A stretch of DNA of 64,000 nucleotides from Savitreella phatthalungensis (Eukaryota): assembly GCA_051599415.1 (NCBI GenBank), contig AP039696.1, positions 186,001-250,000 on the forward strand, given 5' to 3'. Shown here piece after piece: positions 1-9,969 of the stretch; position 1 is the stretch's first letter; every line of letters starts with the position of its first letter. The notes under the pieces were generated by a model, which saw only the letters and a list, made by a program, of their open reading frames with translations, was not told the origin of the DNA and ran no database searches. A program made the translations under genes and the position numbers.

Positions 1-1198
1 AGCATGCGTAGCTAGGAGTCCTTGTCTTTCAGCACAACTGGAATGTCGCTGTGAAGAAGACATAAAGGACGGAGGAGAGGGAGATGTCTACTGAGGAAGA
101 ACTCAATAATGACTAGAGCACAAGCACTACTGTCTGGTGTTATAGTAGGTGTGGAGTATCCTTGGAATCCTTGAGCCCTGGACAGCAGGTGGGATACGCC
201 TGACTGTGGCTCTACTGTGCTGTACTTTCGATGGCTGTAGTGTTTGAGATGTCTATGGTACTCCATCACACTCTATCTATTCCAAACTGTGTACTTTCTT
301 CCAGACGACCGCTGTCATATCTAACCAGCGTTGGTTTCTGCAGCTCTTGCTCTTGCTGCTACTGCGGGTATTCATCAACTTGGATACTAAATAGAAAGTT
401 ACTCCCGATCCAGATCATCCAGTGTTTCCATCTTCGCTCGGGTAAATTCTGTTTCATGATTGACGAGTATCCAAGACGCAGGCTGTGTGGATCAGATTGA
501 CTTCCAGGCTGGATCAGATTAAGCGAAGTGATTTGATATTGATTGAGTTGTCGTGAATAGATGAAGGGAATCACTCACCCAGCACTCTCCCGATTAATCT
601 ACCTGAACCACATTCAGCCGGGATATTGAACAAATAGGAATCCACATCTAATGTACAAGAGAGAAGGGAATCAGGAAAGTTTCCGACTTGTTTACCTTTG
701 TGGCTTCAAACTCAATCTAAGTCCAGTGCTCAAGGCTACACAGTGCTGTCATAGTGCTGTCCTCAGTGCTGGTGCTCTATATTCCAAAGCACTCTGCCTC
801 AAGCTTCAGATGCTGGCAATCCACTGCGTTCAGATGATTCCCTTGTGTAAACTGTGTATGAGCACTGAACGCTTCAACCCTGGGTAGAGAGAGGTAAGGT
901 ATCTGAAAATCTAGCCACAGACGTCATTTCTAGCTAGCTAATACAGAATTTGAGAGTGATCGACCTTGATGCATGTGCAGCATGTGCTATGGATCCACAT
1001 CTCCAGATCGATCTCCCACTTGTCACCATCCTCTCTTGTCTTTCCCATCGAGTCAGTCCTTTCTCCATCTGTCCTCGTCTTCGTCTCCGGCTCTCTAGCT
1101 CTCAGACTGCCCTCACGGCTCAATGGCTCAGGTAATTCACACTCGCAACCTCAAAGTCTCAGTTCACGTGTTCATGGCTTGCTCTCTCTTCGACCTGG

Positions 1199-1765
1199 AT
1201 GACTACAATCCGTCTCTTCCGAAGTATAAGACTGCCATCCACCGCTCATAGAATCGATACATCCTCCCTCACAATCTCAGTCTCCAAAAGCCGCCTCATG
1301 TCGTCAAATACAGCATCCACCAGATACCCGACCCGTGACCAGATCGAAGCAATCTTCAAGCCGATGGAATCTGGTGACTTCCCCAAGACCTTAGAGCACG
1401 TCGATCCCAACGTTGACTGGACTGTGATGGGAACGCATCCCTGTGCTGGGAACTATAAAACCCTGGCCGACTTTAAGACCAAGACGCTAGATCGACTGGG
1501 TAAGATCATGAAGCCGCCTGGAATCTCACTCCGAGTGCGGAACGTGATCGGCGGTGGTGACCAGGACTGGGCAGTGGTCGAGCTCATCGCAGCAGCGGAA
1601 TGCAAGAGTGGACTCAAGTTCGACAACACGTACGCCTGGGTCGTCAGGTTCAACGATCAGCACAAGGTCGTCCAGGTGAGAGCCTACCTAGACTCGTGGA
1701 TGGTCAAGCAGGCGATCGAGGAGAACGAGGCACCCAGTCATAGAGCACCCATCCCAGAGATCTAG
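1199..1765 (+). CDS. SnoaL/NTF2-like (ketosteroid isomerase-like) protein
   Basis: 188-aa ORF with the VDWTVMGTHPCAG...FDNTYAWVVRF...VRAYLDS pattern typical of SnoaL-like proteins; second in-frame ATG at 1298. Confidence 0.75.
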   Translation: MTTIRLFRSIRLPSTAHRIDTSSLTISVSKSRLMSSNTASTRYPTRDQIEAIFKPMESGDFPKTLEHVDPNVDWTVMGTHPCAGNYKTLADFKTKTLDRLGKIMKPPGISLRVRNVIGGGDQDWAVVELIAAAECKSGLKFDNTYAWVVRFNDQHKVVQVRAYLDSWMVKQAIEENEAPSHRAPIPEI

Positions 1766-2066
1766 CTCAGCTACAAATAGAATCCATCGGCATCAGGTCT
1801 GCTATCGTGGTAGATTCATAGGCAATATGGACAGATTGTACAGACAGTTAGTTGTTTGTGCTGTCGTGCATCTGTAGCTTTGAGTGTGACCCCGAGTGCA
1901 CACTATCGTATACTTTACCATGTACTGATTGTCGTGTATGAAATTTGCTGAATGCATGACCTAGCTATTCAACAGCGGTCATGACGCACTAGATGCACAA
2001 TCACCGACACCATAGAACAGTAATATCCTTCTACTAGCCTCTCCTACACAGACATCTCCATTCGCA

Positions 2067-3110
2067 ATGCTAGCTGCACGGCATCCTTCATCTATACCTC
2101 TCGCATGTCTTCGAGCCCATTCACTCAGATCACGGTCGATGGCGACCCAGTCTGGCGGCTCAGGTCTGCCTGCCGTGTTTGATCGTCGGGTGAAGGGATT
2201 GCAGCGTGACCGTGGGGTGTGCCGGGCTGGTGGGTCTGGATCACGTGAGTACGACTACCTTCGTGACGCTGTGGCTGGTAAGCTGGTTGAGCGGATGGCG
2301 TTTGTGAAGCGTGAGCTGCCGCACGTTGTTGATCTCGGTGGCGGGAACGGTCACCTGCTCCGGGCGCTGTGTGGGGGCACCGATGGGTCTGACTTGTCCT
2401 CCCGCATAGGAAGATACACCTTGACTGACATGTCCGGTCACCAACTCCACCGTGACCCGGACCACATCCTCCGTGCCGGGCTCAAGCCCGACACCCCACT
2501 CGACCGTGTCATGTGCGACGAGGAAGCTGCCTTGCCATTCGACGAAGCTTCCATCGACGCAGTCCTCTCCTCACTCTCCCTCCACTGGATCAACGACCTC
2601 CCGACGACCCTCGCGAGCGTCCGCAGGATCCTGAAACCAGACGCTCCCTTCATGGCCGCTATGCTCGGTGGAGACACGCTGTTCGAGCTGAGGACGTCGC
2701 TCCAGCTCGCAGACCTGGAACGCCGGGGAGGTATCTCGCCGCGGGTGAGTCCGATGACGAGTGTCAGGGACGTTGGATCGTTGCTTGGCAGGGCAGGGTT
2801 CAAGTTGCTGACGGTGGATGCAGAGGATGTCGTGGTCGATTACCCTGATATTGTGTCGCTCATGGAGGACCTCCGTGGCATGGGCGAAGGCAATGCGGTC
2901 ATCTCTAGGGAGTTGAGCGCACTGCCGAGAGACGTCTTACTTGCTGCAGGAGCAATCTACAAGGAGCTGCATGGCACAGAGGAAGGTACACTCCCGGCAA
3001 CCTTCAATGTCCTCTACATGATCGGCTGGGCGCCAGGAGGAGACCAGCCCAAACCACTCGAACGCGGTTCAGGCGAGACAAATCTCAAATCGGTGCTAGG
3101 AAAGGAATGA
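2067..3110 (+). CDS. NDUFAF5: Mitochondrial complex I assembly factor NDUFAF5 (SAM-methyltransferase fold)
   Basis: VFDRRVKGLQRDR, VDLGGG, SSLSLHWINDLP, GGDTLFELRTSLQLA..ER.GGISPRVSP, DLRGMGE; Arg/Ser-rich presequence. Confidence 0.92.
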   Translation: MLAARHPSSIPLACLRAHSLRSRSMATQSGGSGLPAVFDRRVKGLQRDRGVCRAGGSGSREYDYLRDAVAGKLVERMAFVKRELPHVVDLGGGNGHLLRALCGGTDGSDLSSRIGRYTLTDMSGHQLHRDPDHILRAGLKPDTPLDRVMCDEEAALPFDEASIDAVLSSLSLHWINDLPTTLASVRRILKPDAPFMAAMLGGDTLFELRTSLQLADLERRGGISPRVSPMTSVRDVGSLLGRAGFKLLTVDAEDVVVDYPDIVSLMEDLRGMGEGNAVISRELSALPRDVLLAAGAIYKELHGTEEGTLPATFNVLYMIGWAPGGDQPKPLERGSGETNLKSVLGKE

Positions 3111-3137
3111 GAATGGTGGTTCTTTTCTTTAGTGATT

Positions 3138-4967
3138 CTACAGGAAGTGCTGGATGTCGAGCTCGAGTGCGCTCGCAACGAGGGGCAGGTCAAAGTTGGC
3201 GGTGACGGTCGGGTGGAGGACGCCGAGTGTACCAATCTTGATTGGTTTGCTGTCGGGGACCTCCGTCAGGTACACCGCTGCGGCTCTGCCTGGGAAGAAA
3301 GTTCTGTCTTCTTCTGGGGAAAGAGGCTCGAGGTGGTACAGCTGGTGAGACTGTGACTTCTTCGCAGCTGCCTTCTTCCCAGCATTGCCACCCTCCGATG
3401 CTGCAGACGCCCGCACCACATCCAGCATCAGCATCAGACGATCGAGCAATCCGTGGATCGTCTCAAAGTTCGATGAAGACCCTGCAATCACCGCACACAG
3501 GTGTCGGCGATTGAAAGATCCCCTCTCCAGGGAAGCGTCCTTGAAGACAACGTCAGAGACCTCAAACACCTTGATCGGCAGGACGTGCGATCTGTTCTCG
3601 CGCACTGTCTTCAGACATCCTGGCAGCAAGGTCGTCCTGGCGATTTGGTATTCCTGTGTTTTCGGGTTGGCGAGGTGGACGGCGGTGTTGCCGTCGTCTT
3701 TGCGGTTGAGCCATGCAAATGCCTCGTCGCGTGAGCAGAGGATGAGGGGCATGACTTCGGTGAACCCTGCCATGGCCGTCTCTCTGCGCAGCAGATCCGA
3801 CAGCTTGTTGAGCGGCAGCGGCTGTCCGACCGTTGCCGATTTGTCTGGGAATGTCTTGGGCAAATTGTTGTACCCGTATGCGATCGCAACGTCTTCCATG
3901 ATATCGCAGGCGTGGAGCACGTCTGCGCGCGTGCACGGCACCAGCACATCTACAGACGTCCCGTCCACGGACGCAGTCGCAGTCAACGACATCCGACCAA
4001 GCTGCTTCGCAATCTCCTCAGCTGACTGTGACAACCCCGTGCACGAGTTGATGTATGCGACCTCGGCGGCGTGCTTCCTGGGCGCAATGTTAGGTGTGAC
4101 GCGCGATTGCCCGTTGTGCTCGCTCACGATCCGAACAGGCTCGATTGTGAAAGGCGCTGCTGCGTACTCTGAGAACATGGCAACGACAATGTCGAGCACA
4201 ACCTCAAGCTTTGTGACATCAGTCGCCGTGCACTCGATCAGTACATCTCGCGTCGAAAGCGTGATCTTCGAATGATCAGAATTGATGATGGGCGGAAGCG
4301 AGCAAACAGTGCCTTCCGCGTCGTAGATCACAGGATACACAGGCGAATCCCGTACTAGCGGTAGGAACTTCGAAAGCGTCCTGTGCTCGCTGTAGAATTC
4401 CATCAGCCGATGACCGTCCATCGACTCGGTCTGATTCAATGGCACAAACTTGATATTGTCTGGCGACCGTGCCTCGTATGTGAATGGCCCCTTGACAGTC
4501 GACAGATCGTGTGTGCCGATGGCGACGAGCGACCTTGCTCGGCACAAGTTTGCATGCAGCTTGTCCTGGAGTGCGATGAACGAGTCGTACCTGCGCTTGT
4601 CGAATTGGACTCCCCTCAACACCGCCGCTGCAGCGTACGGCCTGATCTGTGCAGTTGCCGGATCGATGGTCAGCGTGTGTACTGGCTCGGACACCGCGTA
4701 GTTCGGTACCTCCTGCCGCCCAAGGAAGATGTTGAATGCGCGCGCGATACCCTCGATACACAGCAGATCGTACCGGTTCGCAGGGATGTCGATCTTCAGC
4801 GTCGCCCTCGCAGGCGTACCATCAGCTTCGAACACCGCAGGCTCATCGTCGCTGTCCTCCTCCAGCTCAACACCAAACTCAAAGCACAGCTGGTCAAACT
4901 CGGCCTTCGTGTACGCCCGACCTAGGCGGTCGTAAAAGTCTGCTTTGTCGATCGTCACGACAGGCAT
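3138..4967 (-). CDS. FRS1: Phenylalanyl-tRNA synthetase beta subunit, cytosolic
   Basis: FDQLCFEFGVEL, IDIPANRYDLLCIEG, LQDKLHANLCR, SLPPIINSDHSKI, RADVLHACDIMEDVAIAYGYNN. Confidence 0.96.
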   Translation of the reverse strand: MPVVTIDKADFYDRLGRAYTKAEFDQLCFEFGVELEEDSDDEPAVFEADGTPARATLKIDIPANRYDLLCIEGIARAFNIFLGRQEVPNYAVSEPVHTLTIDPATAQIRPYAAAAVLRGVQFDKRRYDSFIALQDKLHANLCRARSLVAIGTHDLSTVKGPFTYEARSPDNIKFVPLNQTESMDGHRLMEFYSEHRTLSKFLPLVRDSPVYPVIYDAEGTVCSLPPIINSDHSKITLSTRDVLIECTATDVTKLEVVLDIVVAMFSEYAAAPFTIEPVRIVSEHNGQSRVTPNIAPRKHAAEVAYINSCTGLSQSAEEIAKQLGRMSLTATASVDGTSVDVLVPCTRADVLHACDIMEDVAIAYGYNNLPKTFPDKSATVGQPLPLNKLSDLLRRETAMAGFTEVMPLILCSRDEAFAWLNRKDDGNTAVHLANPKTQEYQIARTTLLPGCLKTVRENRSHVLPIKVFEVSDVVFKDASLERGSFNRRHLCAVIAGSSSNFETIHGLLDRLMLMLDVVRASAASEGGNAGKKAAAKKSQSHQLYHLEPLSPEEDRTFFPGRAAAVYLTEVPDSKPIKIGTLGVLHPTVTANFDLPLVASALELDIQHFL

Positions 4968-5244
4968 GATGAGAGCAAATTATAGAAAGCAGTCAGAGAA
5001 TGATAATTGAAAGAAAGAGTGAGTGTATGTGGCGCAATTTGAGAGTCTCTGCTGGACGAGGACGGACGTTGGTGGTGTAGTTGACTTTTAGTCGATCGTA
5101 TCCTCAACTTTTCCGATTTGGACGTTGCACAAAAAAAGTCCGCGGCGCGCGCACGTGGAAAAAGAGTTGAAAGCTGTTCACAAAAGTCAAAAGCACCAGC
5201 AGCAGCCATCGTACGAGATTGACATCGTTCAAGTCCAGCTGAGG

Positions 5245-5796
5245 ATGTGGGGTTCGAAGAAGCCGTCAAGTTCTTCAGAGACGCAGTCATCGGACGACAA
5301 GGAGCTGGCGTCTTTCTTGGCAGAGATTGGATCGGACGCCCCCGCGCGCACAGATGCTACACCGGTCACTCCGACAGCTGTGCCTGACACGCCGCTGTAC
5401 GCGCCGGCCAGTGTGACTGAGCCTTCTGCTGGGCCTCGGAAAGAGGAGCCGTGCCCGCTTCAATACTACTTTGACGAGTTCTTCATGTGCTACACGCCAA
5501 AGTCCCAGCTCGTCCACTACTACCGATACGGTGAGAAGAAGGACTGTGCTGAGCGGTGGCGTGACTTGCGCTGGTGCTTTGAGACACGCTTGACGGACGA
5601 TGACACGGCTCAGAAGATGTTGCGGGATCGGAGAGCGGCCAAGCTGGAGCAACTCCGAGCGGGACCCAACAGCGAGCGCGTCTGGGAGTTCCGTGAGGAA
5701 CCACTTGCTGACCCGTGGGGTGTAGAGGCACGACGGAAGGCTGCAGAGAATGGGTCAGGCTCGGTCAAGCAGCCGCCAGTGCGGTACGTCAACTGA
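5245..5796 (+). CDS. Emi1/DUF3128 (UPF0545)-like twin-Cys protein
   Basis: C..YFDEFFMCYTPKSQLVHYYRYGEKKDC.ERWRDLRWC and GPNSERVWEFR motifs; first ATG at 5245. Confidence 0.75.
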   Translation: MWGSKKPSSSSETQSSDDKELASFLAEIGSDAPARTDATPVTPTAVPDTPLYAPASVTEPSAGPRKEEPCPLQYYFDEFFMCYTPKSQLVHYYRYGEKKDCAERWRDLRWCFETRLTDDDTAQKMLRDRRAAKLEQLRAGPNSERVWEFREEPLADPWGVEARRKAAENGSGSVKQPPVRYVN

Positions 5797-5894
5797 TGTG
5801 GAAGGTGATGACGGCATGACGAGCAAGAGAGGTGTGCAGCAGATGTATATTATTACGCCCGGGGTTCAGGGCTTCCTTCTATGAGGTGATAGTG

Positions 5895-6614
5895 CTAGGC
5901 AAGGACAGACTGGAGTCCTAGGGCGACTGCCGACAGGATTGCTGACCAGAGACCTATGACGGCCACGACCCCCTGGAGATCTGCTCCCCTGATGAGGAGC
6001 AACCTTGGTCCATCTGAGATTGCTGCGATGAAGACTGTTAGGACGAGTGCCTTTGTGAGGCCTGCCCTGAAGACGAGCTCTTGGAGTGCGAGTGCTGGCG
6101 GGATCATGCCTAGGACGATGAGTGGGAGTGGTGCTGCTGGGACACGTCGGATGCCGTCGAAGTGTGAGACGACGAGCTCTGGTAAGAATGTCTTTCCAGC
6201 GACGTACACGCCTGCGCCGAGGAACGCTGCACCGATGAACGTCAGCGTCGCCGTCAGCGACGTCTCCTTCTCCAACGCCTTCGCCCCGCTACCCACACGC
6301 CCACCCACCGTCCGCACGACCGGCTCATCAAACACCAGTCGCATCGGCACGTACACCACCAGTGCCTCCACGGCCACCAAGCCGACGACGACGCCTGTCG
6401 GGAGTGCGAAGAAGTATGCGAGGACGATGGCGGATGCTGATCTGGAGAGGACGACGACTGCGAGTAGCTCTGTCGAGCTCAGGATGTTGTAGTGTGCGTA
6501 GATGAGGACTTCGACAGCGCGTGCGATCCCTGAAAAGATCAGTGCAGAGCCATCTGCCACATCCAGCACCGCTGGAACTGCAAACGTCAGTAAGATGCCA
6601 ATCGGCCAGCTCAT
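5895..6614 (-). CDS. Conserved-looking fungal multi-pass membrane protein, function unknown; N-terminus uncertain
   Basis: 239-aa hydrophobic ORF with FLPELVVSHFDGIR; an upstream 53-aa ORF overlaps its start (see findings). Confidence 0.65.
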   Translation of the reverse strand: MSWPIGILLTFAVPAVLDVADGSALIFSGIARAVEVLIYAHYNILSSTELLAVVVLSRSASAIVLAYFFALPTGVVVGLVAVEALVVYVPMRLVFDEPVVRTVGGRVGSGAKALEKETSLTATLTFIGAAFLGAGVYVAGKTFLPELVVSHFDGIRRVPAAPLPLIVLGMIPPALALQELVFRAGLTKALVLTVFIAAISDGPRLLLIRGADLQGVVAVIGLWSAILSAVALGLQSVLA

Positions 6615-7044
6615 GGAAACCTACGGTGTTGCTCAAACGCAGGCGCGCACAAGGTGAATAGGAAGACCGCCGTCGCGAGCGTCAACGCCGGCAGAGCAAT
6701 CGCCTGGAACAAGGTGAGTCTTGTGAAGGAAGAAGAGCCTGTGCCTGCATCTAGACGCTTCGCTAGTGACATCGTGAAGATCTCCTGTAGTTACGATGTT
6801 CGATGACTTGTATGTGTGAAGGTGTCTGTGCGCGTGTGCTTGTGCTTGTGTAAACTCGAATGTTTATTGTTGTTGTGACACAATCGCGAATGATGAGTGT
6901 CAGTGATTAAATGCACGCATACAAGCATTGACAGGCATATTTCCAAGCGAACTCGTCATACTCACTGACGGTTGATTGTCCGAGATCCTTACGTCTACAA
7001 GACAGCTGTTCGCTGTTTTGTTCCTTGTATGATGCCATGCTATG

Positions 7045-8061
7045 CTATGCTTTCTTCTTGCCATGGATGTGTGGTGTGGCTGCTTTTGAGTGTGACTGTG
7101 CTTGCTTGAGGAGGGCTTCTATGGAGATGCCTGCAAAGACGAGGGCGACGCCTGCGTACTGTGCAGGTGAGAGCGGGTGGTTGAACCAGATGACTGAGAG
7201 TAGCATGGTGACCATCTTGCGTGTGAGGGTGACGGTGACGAGGACGAGTGAGCCGAAGCGCTCGAGCGTGTAGAAGATGGCGAGCTGGCCTGTTGCGCCG
7301 GTGAATGCAAAGGCAGCAATGTCCCTGAGCACCGTCGGGTGTCTGTGGACGAACGCAGCCGTACTCGAGACCTCAGTCGTGAAGCACACCATGTACGCAG
7401 TCGTCAGCACGGTCACGAGGCCGTTCAGGCCGACCATCATCCCTGGACCCGTCAGGGACTTGTGACGGGCGAACATCTGGTCCTGCGTCGAGTTGGTGAG
7501 GCCGTCGAGGAGGAGGTTGACTGCGAGGAGTGCGAGACCGTACGTGGATGAGCCGGTGGCTGGACCTTTGGAAGCCTTGCCGTGCTTGGAGGGGGCGTAG
7601 AGGGTAAAGACGGCGACGCCTGCGGTGACCATAGCCACGATCAGATACTTGTGCGGCGGGTACCGCTTGCCGTAGACAAGGACGCCGAGAAAGAGGACTG
7701 GGAGGAGCTTGCATGACTTGCCTAGGATCTGGGTCGGGTAGTCGATGTACCGGAGGGATGCATATCCGAAAGGGCTCGCTAGGGATGTGGTTACGGCGAT
7801 GAAGAGGAAGAGTCTTGCGAGTTCGCGCGAGCCGTATACAGATCGGATGAAGTGGGAGGGCGACTTTGGACGCTGCCGATAGATCAGGTAGAGAGAACCT
7901 GTGACCGTGGCTGCTAGACTCTGTGCTACATTTAGCACCAATGCAGACCTGAAGATCTGTCCGTCATATGGCGTCGTCGCAATCCGCTCCTGCAGGACCG
8001 CCCAACTCAAATAGGCTGTATAGATACTCCCGACACAGACTGCGAGCTCCACTGTGCTCAT
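7045..8061 (-). CDS. HUT1: UDP-galactose transporter homolog (SLC35B1/UAA family)
   Basis: WAVLQERI, SPFGYASLRYIDYPTQILGKSCKLLPV, LLLDGLTNSTQD, VTVTLTRKM; C-terminal KKxx ER-retrieval motif (KKKA). Confidence 0.92.
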   Translation of the reverse strand: MSTVELAVCVGSIYTAYLSWAVLQERIATTPYDGQIFRSALVLNVAQSLAATVTGSLYLIYRQRPKSPSHFIRSVYGSRELARLFLFIAVTTSLASPFGYASLRYIDYPTQILGKSCKLLPVLFLGVLVYGKRYPPHKYLIVAMVTAGVAVFTLYAPSKHGKASKGPATGSSTYGLALLAVNLLLDGLTNSTQDQMFARHKSLTGPGMMVGLNGLVTVLTTAYMVCFTTEVSSTAAFVHRHPTVLRDIAAFAFTGATGQLAIFYTLERFGSLVLVTVTLTRKMVTMLLSVIWFNHPLSPAQYAGVALVFAGISIEALLKQAQSHSKAATPHIHGKKKA

Positions 8062-8316
8062 CCTTTGTCTCCTGCTTGAGGACGTCCGTCGACAGGGTGT
8101 AAGTTGATGTGCGCGTGTCAAGTTCTACAACATGAGTAAGGTGGTTTTGGATGATTGCTAAAAATAAACCAGCACCAGGAAGGACAGCTAGCCAGCTCAA
8201 TTGATCGATTAGACTGGTCTACCTGAGAGATATGATTGAAGAAGAACAAGAAGATAAAGACGTGAACTTGATCATAGATGTCGTTAAGAGAGTAGAGGAC
8301 CCGATGCTGCCTCCCG

Positions 8317-9969
8317 CTACTTGATGCCGAGCTCTCTGCGAAGCTGGTTGTCTGCAGCGCCGGTGTACTGCTCTGCCATTGATGAGAGTTTCCGCACTGG
8401 ACGGGGCCGAGTCACCTTTAGACTTGCTGCGTCAAGATTGTGTTGAGATGCTAGGTCTTCTGTGGACTCCCAGGGGAGTGCTGACGGCGGAGACGGCGAT
8501 GGCGGGAGTTTGTAGGACTGCAATGCGGCGACTGGTGATCGCGGAGTTGGTGGGAGGGCGGCGACGGCGTACCGAATCTCATCGTACACGGAAGCTGGCC
8601 CTTGTGAGATAGAGCTGTTGAGCATAGCTGTGGCGGCCGACTGAGGCAGAGGACTGGTCTCGACGATGCTGCAGAGGATGGCTGGGGACTTGCGTGGTGA
8701 AGATGAGGCGGCTGAGGAGGCTGTGCTGTAGTCGCTCGGCTTTGCGGCGGAGATTTCTCCCGTCTGTGGAGGGAGTGAGTGAGTGTTGTCGGCGCTGTAG
8801 ATGGAGGAACGCTCTGCAAACTCGAATTGGGGCTGAGAAGGACGGAGGATGACACCGAGGATCTGCATGAAGGTGAGGGTGACGGTGCAGTGGATGATGG
8901 ACAAGGAGACTTCGAGAGAGTTGAGCTCCCAAGCCCAGCCCGGCTCGATGTGCTTGACCGGAGTGATGGTGACGATGGCAAAGTCGAGCACAAGAATCGC
9001 AATCAGGACAAGCCTGAGCCTCTTGAGCCTGCCGAGCACATCCCCTCGCCAACTCATCCGGGGACGGCCGGACGTGGCAGCAGTGGAGGCATACCCGTCA
9101 TGGTCGGAGACAGCTCGCTTGTGTGACTTGCTGACGATGGCGAGTATCCAAAGGGAGAGGACGATGTCTGTGCCGCCTGAGCAGACAAAGAAGAGTGCGT
9201 AAATAGCTGAGGAGAGGGTATTGAGGGGTTTGCCGCGCGGAAGGAGCGTGCTGCGGGCGAGGTAGAATTCTAGCAGTCCGAGGACTATATTGGCCAGGGT
9301 GAGGACGCAGAAGAAGACCATGTAGACGGGGAGGATGCGTGATGTGAGGACTTTTGGAAAAAGTGGAGCTAGCATACGGTACCGCTCGACCACCAGCCAC
9401 TGGAACGATGCAACTCCGACAATTGTCAGCACAAACCAACACACCCACAGAGCCTCCTGCGTATGCCGGGAGAATGGTGCATAGGCGACATTGCACAGGT
9501 AGTCTGCCAGCTCTGGCGAGATGTCGTCCGCTAGGGTGCCACTCGTGTCTAGGCACTTGATGAACTGCAGGGACCAGCCAAATAGTTGGGAGCCCATTGC
9601 ACTGACAATGTAGACCAGGAGCCATCGAGACCACAGAATCTTTGCGCGCTCGGCTGCTGTCAGCGTGACGCGACCGTAATCTTCGACCTGGTGATTGGTG
9701 AGCTCGCCTGTGGTGACCTTGGTGAGATCTTCATCCGCCTTGCCGTCGGTCGTTGCGGTGATGGTGGAGGAGAATTGTGCTGCGGCAAAGCTGCTCAGAC
9801 CCTCTTCCATTCTGGAGGCTGAGGACATCTTGCGTTTCTTCCACGTCGCGGAATTGAAGACCTTTGCGAGGTTACTTCGATAGCGCCATGAGAGGAAGAG
9901 GCAGAGGAGTACTCCCCATACCTCTCCCACAATCATGAGCACAACCGACCAGTGTAACCAGCTTGTCAT
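8317..9969 (-). CDS. Orphan ~7-TM membrane protein with Ser/Pro-rich cytosolic tail (GPCR-like topology)
   Basis: 550-aa ORF with about seven hydrophobic segments, an ERY after a TM segment and a long low-complexity tail. Confidence 0.6.
   Translation of the reverse strand: MTSWLHWSVVLMIVGEVWGVLLCLFLSWRYRSNLAKVFNSATWKKRKMSSASRMEEGLSSFAAAQFSSTITATTDGKADEDLTKVTTGELTNHQVEDYGRVTLTAAERAKILWSRWLLVYIVSAMGSQLFGWSLQFIKCLDTSGTLADDISPELADYLCNVAYAPFSRHTQEALWVCWFVLTIVGVASFQWLVVERYRMLAPLFPKVLTSRILPVYMVFFCVLTLANIVLGLLEFYLARSTLLPRGKPLNTLSSAIYALFFVCSGGTDIVLSLWILAIVSKSHKRAVSDHDGYASTAATSGRPRMSWRGDVLGRLKRLRLVLIAILVLDFAIVTITPVKHIEPGWAWELNSLEVSLSIIHCTVTLTFMQILGVILRPSQPQFEFAERSSIYSADNTHSLPPQTGEISAAKPSDYSTASSAASSSPRKSPAILCSIVETSPLPQSAATAMLNSSISQGPASVYDEIRYAVAALPPTPRSPVAALQSYKLPPSPSPPSALPWESTEDLASQHNLDAASLKVTRPRPVRKLSSMAEQYTGAADNQLRRELGIK

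Noticed and set aside
1..1190. Short ORFs at the window start
   Set aside because: All under 90 aa with no recognisable motif; treated as non-coding or unresolved
3385..4275. 296-aa antisense ORF within FRS1 (and similar shadow ORFs in NOC4, the helicase, the kinase and GDH)
   Set aside because: Expected by-product of GC-rich codon usage opposite or within real genes
6328..6636. Antizyme-like +1 frameshift at CCA-TGA
   Set aside because: The +1 frame product shows no antizyme similarity; the real downstream protein is in the -1 frame
8220..8290. CTGAGA...GAACTTGATC resembling a TPP riboswitch
   Set aside because: Lacks the GATAATxCCAGCG segment and P1/P2 pairing; opposite strand to the flanking genes; no thiamine gene adjacent
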